A stretch of 64,000 bases of DNA, taken from the NCBI GenBank assembly GCA_002898375.1, contig BEIN01000012.1, forward strand, positions 3,922-67,921, in the 5' to 3' direction. This stretch comes from a bacterium HR37 (GTDB lineage: Bacteria; Desulfobacterota_D; UBA1144; Nemesobacterales; CSP1-2). The number at the start of each line of letters is the position of its first letter. Within the stretch, counting starts at the first letter, position 1. Made by a program: the position numbers and the translations under genes. Below are positions 59,845-64,000 of this stretch, one piece after another. The notes beneath the pieces are model-generated. The model did not search any database, was not told the origin of the DNA, and worked only from the letters and a program-made list of their open reading frames with translations.

Positions 59845-60665
59845 TGTGAAATTCCCTACGGGAATTAGAGGTATTTCTACAAGTGATAATCTCCACTTCC
59901 TACCTCTGGAGACTGCAAAAGGGGCGTTTCAATTCCCTACGGGAATTAGAGGTATTTCTACCTGGTAAGAGACTTTGTGTCTTTTGTTGGTTCTACTACC
60001 ACTCATGTTTCAATTCCCTACGGGAATTAGAGGTATTTCTACGTAGAACTGGTACGTGAGAAAGTAACAATTCCAACGAAGTTTCAATTCCCTACGGGAA
60101 TTAGAGGTATTTCTACCCACGTCATACCTTTGAGGTGGCTCACGATATTATTGTTTCAATTCCCTACGGGAATTAGAGGTATTTCTACAAAGACTGTCAA
60201 CAAACCAGAACCTTCTCCACTCCTTAACAACGAGTTTCAATTCCCTACGGGAATTAGAGGTATTTCTACGAAATACTAACTGTTTCTCTAGTCCGTGTAT
60301 TATCACCAACTTATGACAAGAGTTTCAATTCCCTACGGGAATTAGAGGTATTTCTACGGAACAATAATGCTACCTGTCTGCCTTGACCTTACAAGTTTCA
60401 ATTCCCTACGGGAATTAGAGGTATTTCTACCGTATCACCCTACGGAGAACAATATCCGCTTGCTTGACTGTTTCAATTCCCTACGGGAATTAGAGGTATT
60501 TCTACTAGTCAAAACAAGAGGGCTAACATACGAACAGGCAAGGGAGATCCTGTTTCAATTCCCTACGGGAATTAGAGGTATTTCTACTTGCCTGTCTTGG
60601 TACTAAAGTCAGTGATGATGTATGGAAATGTTTCAATTCCCTACGGGAATTAGAGGTATTTCTAC
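59845..60665 (-). CRISPR. CRISPR array: 11 repeats of 36 bp, 10 spacers of 36-52 bp
   Basis: Minus-strand repeat GTAGAAATACCTCTAATTCCCGTAGGGAATTGAAAC; plus-strand starts at 59845 (degenerate), 59926, 60007, 60081, 60153, 60234, 60322, 60395, 60470, 60552, 60630; orientation from ATTGAAAC 3' end, degenerate terminal repeat and AT-rich leader. Confidence 0.98.
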
Positions 60666-60960
60666 AGCACCCTTATTTTCTCTAATGATTTAAATGAGTT
60701 AGTATGCAGTTTTCGAGAACCTCTAGTTATCAACAACTTATCCACAGGACAATTTTTGTCAATGTTACATAACCCATTTAAATCACTTGATTTTCTAAAT
60801 TCGAGCAACCCCCCACTTTTTTGCATTCCCTCGATGCTCGATGAAAATAATTATCATTATTACCTGATAAATATTAAAAATTAAGTTTTCAAAGAACCGA
60901 TTTCACTGAACAAGTGCTTTAAGCTCAATCTTAGTAAATTTAAAATCCCATGTCAATACT
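60666..60960 (-). promoter_or_regulatory. CRISPR leader with sigma-70 promoter
   Basis: AT-rich and non-coding; minus-strand TTGACA (60951-60956)-17-TAAGAT (60928-60933); IHF-like motifs. Confidence 0.8.
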
Positions 60961-60968
60961 TTTTTATA

Positions 60969-62090
60969 TTATCCGTTAAAATATGTTTCATTCAGGTCAA
61001 CAAGTGCAGCCTTTAAAGTAACCTTGTTTTGTGAGGGAATCTCCACATTAAACTTTGCGGTTCTTTTTCCATCGCTGAATATAAGCACAATCTTGTTATG
61101 GTTGGGGTCGAATTCGAATCTGTTCCTTTCCGGCAAATCTGGATGTGTGTAGAAATCTCTAATAGTTTTTACGTATCTTTTATCTCTCCATACCTTCTTT
61201 ACAAAAGTTTCTGCTCCAAAGGGTGGCCTGTGATAAAAGTGTTTGGAAAAAGCAGGTTCTTCTTTAACCGGTTGAATGTCTCCAAGCAGGTAGCTCTTTT
61301 CTTTTTTAAACCTGTAGAGAAACATTTCATGAAAGAGTTGGCCAACCGGAGTTAAGGCAACGTGTTTTTCTTGGTTTATTGTTTCCACTTCTATAAGTGT
61401 TTTTAACCTCTCATCTGCCACCAGTTCTTTTACTTCTTCATACGGAGCTATGCTCTTTTTGGAGAGGTTGTCCAGGCTTTCATAATGTAGAAGCCAGAGA
61501 TCAAAATTAAAACTTATAGGCTGGGGAGGAAGTTCTATTATGTCTTCAAATTTTTCAAACATATACATAACCGGTATTTCCAGAGCCTGTCCTATAAGGC
61601 CTGCAAATGAGGTTTGCGCTTTATATCCTCCTGTAGCGTTTATAACAATACGTTCCGTTCCTTTTTCTCTTACGATCTTTGCAATCTCTTTCACAAGATT
61701 TTTAAGTCCTTCAGTTTTAAACTTTTTTACATCGTAGTCTTTAAGGCCTTCTATTACGGTTGCAACTACCCTCTCAAATTTATAGGGGTTCTGAGAATCC
61801 TGATAGTAGTGCTTAAGTATTTCACCTATTTCCCAGCCTTCATCGGTATGAGAGATAAGAAGGTGAAGTTCGTTTCTTTCCGAAAGTTTCCCTTTTTCAA
61901 TGATACTTGTAATGGAGTTTATCTCGGCTCCGCATACTCTATCTCTTGGATTTCGTTTAAGCAGTTCTTTTACAAGGCCTATAATGTTTCCTTTTTTCTC
62001 ATATACTTTTAGAGGCTCTTTATCATCTAGCCGTTCGATGTTGCTAAGCAGGCTTGTCCCCACTGTGCAAATCAGTGTATCACGCCTCAT
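60969..62090 (-). CDS. CRISPR-associated CARF protein (APE2256/Crn1-like) with extra C-terminal domain
   Basis: ICTVGTS, GAEINS, INATGGYK, YMFE...IIELP; LTPVGQL wHTH wing; unassigned tail of about 100 aa. Confidence 0.85.
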   Translation of the reverse strand: MRRDTLICTVGTSLLSNIERLDDKEPLKVYEKKGNIIGLVKELLKRNPRDRVCGAEINSITSIIEKGKLSERNELHLLISHTDEGWEIGEILKHYYQDSQNPYKFERVVATVIEGLKDYDVKKFKTEGLKNLVKEIAKIVREKGTERIVINATGGYKAQTSFAGLIGQALEIPVMYMFEKFEDIIELPPQPISFNFDLWLLHYESLDNLSKKSIAPYEEVKELVADERLKTLIEVETINQEKHVALTPVGQLFHEMFLYRFKKEKSYLLGDIQPVKEEPAFSKHFYHRPPFGAETFVKKVWRDKRYVKTIRDFYTHPDLPERNRFEFDPNHNKIVLIFSDGKRTAKFNVEIPSQNKVTLKAALVDLNETYFNG

Positions 62091-62896
62091 TGCTTTACCC
62101 TTACTGCTTGTCCCATTCCCATTGTGGTTTTATATCCTATCCCTGAGTAAAAAGCAAAATCGGCAAGGGTATTTAAAATCTTTTTTTCTTTCCGGACAAA
62201 TTCTTTTCCCAGTCTGTATTCTAGTATACCTTTAAACCCTATAACCTTGTAATTTGAGAAAGTTACAATCTCGCTTTTTAACTCAAACTGTGATGGATAG
62301 ATTGTGTTTAGTTTCTCTGTAAAGCTTTTGTCAAAGGTTATACCTGAAAATGAGTTCCATCTATCAATCAGAGAGCCAAAGATGAGGTAGGCTTCGGGTA
62401 ATGTACACTGCTTTCCCCTGATTCTGAAAGAAGTGGGTGAGAAAAACTTAAGTCGTATTTTGTCATCTGGTTGTGCTTCCTCAAACAGTTTGGGGTAGAG
62501 GGATGACCTTACCCAAAGATTTGAACTTTCCTTATAGTGTATGTTATTAAGAAGTATCTTTCCGTTTCCCAGTGTAAGGCTGGTTTTAAGGTTTAGGGCT
62601 TTCCCAAATGCAGCAAGGGTGTCAGGAAGAAGTTTTTCTTCCAGTATGGATATTCTAAAGGAGGCCTTTTCCCCACCTTCCAGTATTATTTTCCCTTCGG
62701 TTTTTGGTTTTTTCTCAAGAATGCCGGATAGTGAAAATGGTTTTTGTCTATTGCTTCCATTGTGGAGGTACTCTGCCACTTTTTTGGAGTAATTTTTTAA
62801 GACCTCAAAGAAAAGCCCGTGTATTGCTTCTCCCCCATAGCCATTTAGGACTATAGCCTCTAGGGTTTCAAACTCGATAACAAAGCTTGAGAGCAT
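62087..62896 (-). CDS. cas6: CRISPR pre-crRNA endoribonuclease Cas6
   Basis: HGLFF, KPFSLS, FFSPTSF, G-rich loop YSGIGYKTTMGMG. Confidence 0.95.
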   Translation of the reverse strand: MLSSFVIEFETLEAIVLNGYGGEAIHGLFFEVLKNYSKKVAEYLHNGSNRQKPFSLSGILEKKPKTEGKIILEGGEKASFRISILEEKLLPDTLAAFGKALNLKTSLTLGNGKILLNNIHYKESSNLWVRSSLYPKLFEEAQPDDKIRLKFFSPTSFRIRGKQCTLPEAYLIFGSLIDRWNSFSGITFDKSFTEKLNTIYPSQFELKSEIVTFSNYKVIGFKGILEYRLGKEFVRKEKKILNTLADFAFYSGIGYKTTMGMGQAVRVKQ

Positions 62897-63999
62897 TACT
62901 CGACCTCTATTCTGATCCAGCCAAGTGTTAATTCTTCTTTTGTTGCTGGATTTATTACAACTTTTCTGGTTTTTGGAAAGTTACTTGTATTTATTCTTCT
63001 ACCTGTGGTTTTAAGAAGTTCAACGTAGTTTCTATAGGTTTCATCTCCCAGGTGTTTTATAAGTTTTGCAAGTGTTATGCTTATAAAACCTTGATGTTTT
63101 CCAATCCTTATTACTGGGGCATTTTCGCTATTGGTCCTTTTTATGTTCTCAAGCTGGCTTATTGCACTGTATACCTTTAACTTTCTGTAAAAATCAAGTT
63201 CCTCTTCAATGATTTCCTTAGACATTTCATAACATGCTTTAAGTACCTGATCAAGATTGCCAAAAAAAGATTTTTTCTGAATATCTGTACCAAAGTGATT
63301 TGCAAAATCTTCGAACTGTTTTCCTTGTATAATTCCAATTTCTCCTTGAAACTCGGTATTACTTGAAATAATTTCGTGAAATTCCCCTGTGATTCGGGAA
63401 CTGTTTTTAATTTGTATCTTTGCTATTATTCTTTCCGCATTTTTAGAATAAGCATCGGATACAAGTATAAACTTTAAAAAATCAAATTTGGCATCATTTC
63501 TAAGCCTTAGAACTTTTTGAGAGATTTTCTCCTCTAATTTTTTCAATTCTTCTCTAACTTCTTTTCTATTGCCTAGGGACTTTCTTTTAATTTTATTTAT
63601 CTCATTGGAAAGGAAGCTGGTTAAGGAGCTATCAAGAATTAACTTCCTAAGAATAGCTGTTCTTAGTGCCCCTTTAATCTCAGTACCCGGTATGTAAGGT
63701 TGGTTTCTTGATTTGATAAGTGTCCAGATTTTTTGAGGAGTTTCACTGCCCCATAAAGGCAGTGAAGAAGAAGCTCTTTTAGAGGCGAACTTTAATATTT
63801 TCTCAGTATTGCTATATGTTTCAAAAAAACCCAGAAGACTGGGTGATTCGCTGTTGGTGACGTATTGAATAAAATCCTCAAGTTGGTCTTTTGTTAGGAA
63901 TCTCTTTAGCTGTTCGGAGTTAAACAAATGGATTTTTCTGTTATAGTAGAAGTATTCTAAATTGCTTAAGGTGTTTCCATCACCTATATGGATTGGGGA
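62896..63999 (-). CDS. csm5: Type III-A RAMP protein Csm5 (5' end beyond window)
   Basis: Frame open to the window edge with SPIHIGDG; PYIPGTEIKGALRTA; VSDA; IRIGKHQG; PKTR; LGWI. Confidence 0.88.
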   Translation of the reverse strand, partial: SPIHIGDGNTLSNLEYFYYNRKIHLFNSEQLKRFLTKDQLEDFIQYVTNSESPSLLGFFETYSNTEKILKFASKRASSSLPLWGSETPQKIWTLIKSRNQPYIPGTEIKGALRTAILRKLILDSSLTSFLSNEINKIKRKSLGNRKEVREELKKLEEKISQKVLRLRNDAKFDFLKFILVSDAYSKNAERIIAKIQIKNSSRITGEFHEIISSNTEFQGEIGIIQGKQFEDFANHFGTDIQKKSFFGNLDQVLKACYEMSKEIIEEELDFYRKLKVYSAISQLENIKRTNSENAPVIRIGKHQGFISITLAKLIKHLGDETYRNYVELLKTTGRRINTSNFPKTRKVVINPATKEELTLGWIRIEVE

Positions 64000-64000
64000 A

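Noticed and set aside
60043..60276. Two spacers begin with short matches to the reverse complement of the repeat end (GTAGAA, GAAATAC)
   Set aside because: Only 6-7 nt; compatible with chance.
60367..60606. 79-aa ORF with repeated FNSLRELEVFL
   Set aside because: Translation of CRISPR repeats and spacers.

Overview
This is a gene-dense bacterial chromosome segment. Gene order and heavy AGA/AGG/ATA codon use suggest a thermophilic diderm of the former Deltaproteobacteria or Dadabacteria/Desulfobacterota group (inference). From 1 to about 55.4 kb it is mostly housekeeping. That part holds type IV pilus genes (pilT-pilC-pilS-pilR, pilMNOPQ plus two Ig-like lipoproteins, and a second pilT paralog after recA), miaB, a sigma-54-driven amt plus porin pair, tRNA-Phe and tRNA-Ser. 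It also holds an acyl-CoA/B12 mutase cluster with isobutyryl-CoA mutase signature residues, RNase R, a JAB-DinG helicase, cysS, ogt-pgpA-cinA-recA, tsaB, ilvBNC, psd-pssA and an M16 peptidase. From 55.46 kb to the end lies a minus-strand type III-A CRISPR-Cas locus. It contains partial csm5, cas6, an APE2256-type CARF protein with an unassigned C-terminal domain, and a leader plus 11-repeat array. Downstream are a DUF1328 small protein, a CARF(NE0113)-winged-helix protein preceded by a perfect 22-bp palindrome, and a stand-alone SAVED-type protein translationally coupled to a cas4-cas1 fusion and cas2. The best candidate for an undescribed system is this set of cyclic-oligonucleotide sensors placed in the spacer-acquisition operon. 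All assignments come from motif recognition by eye; no database searches were run.
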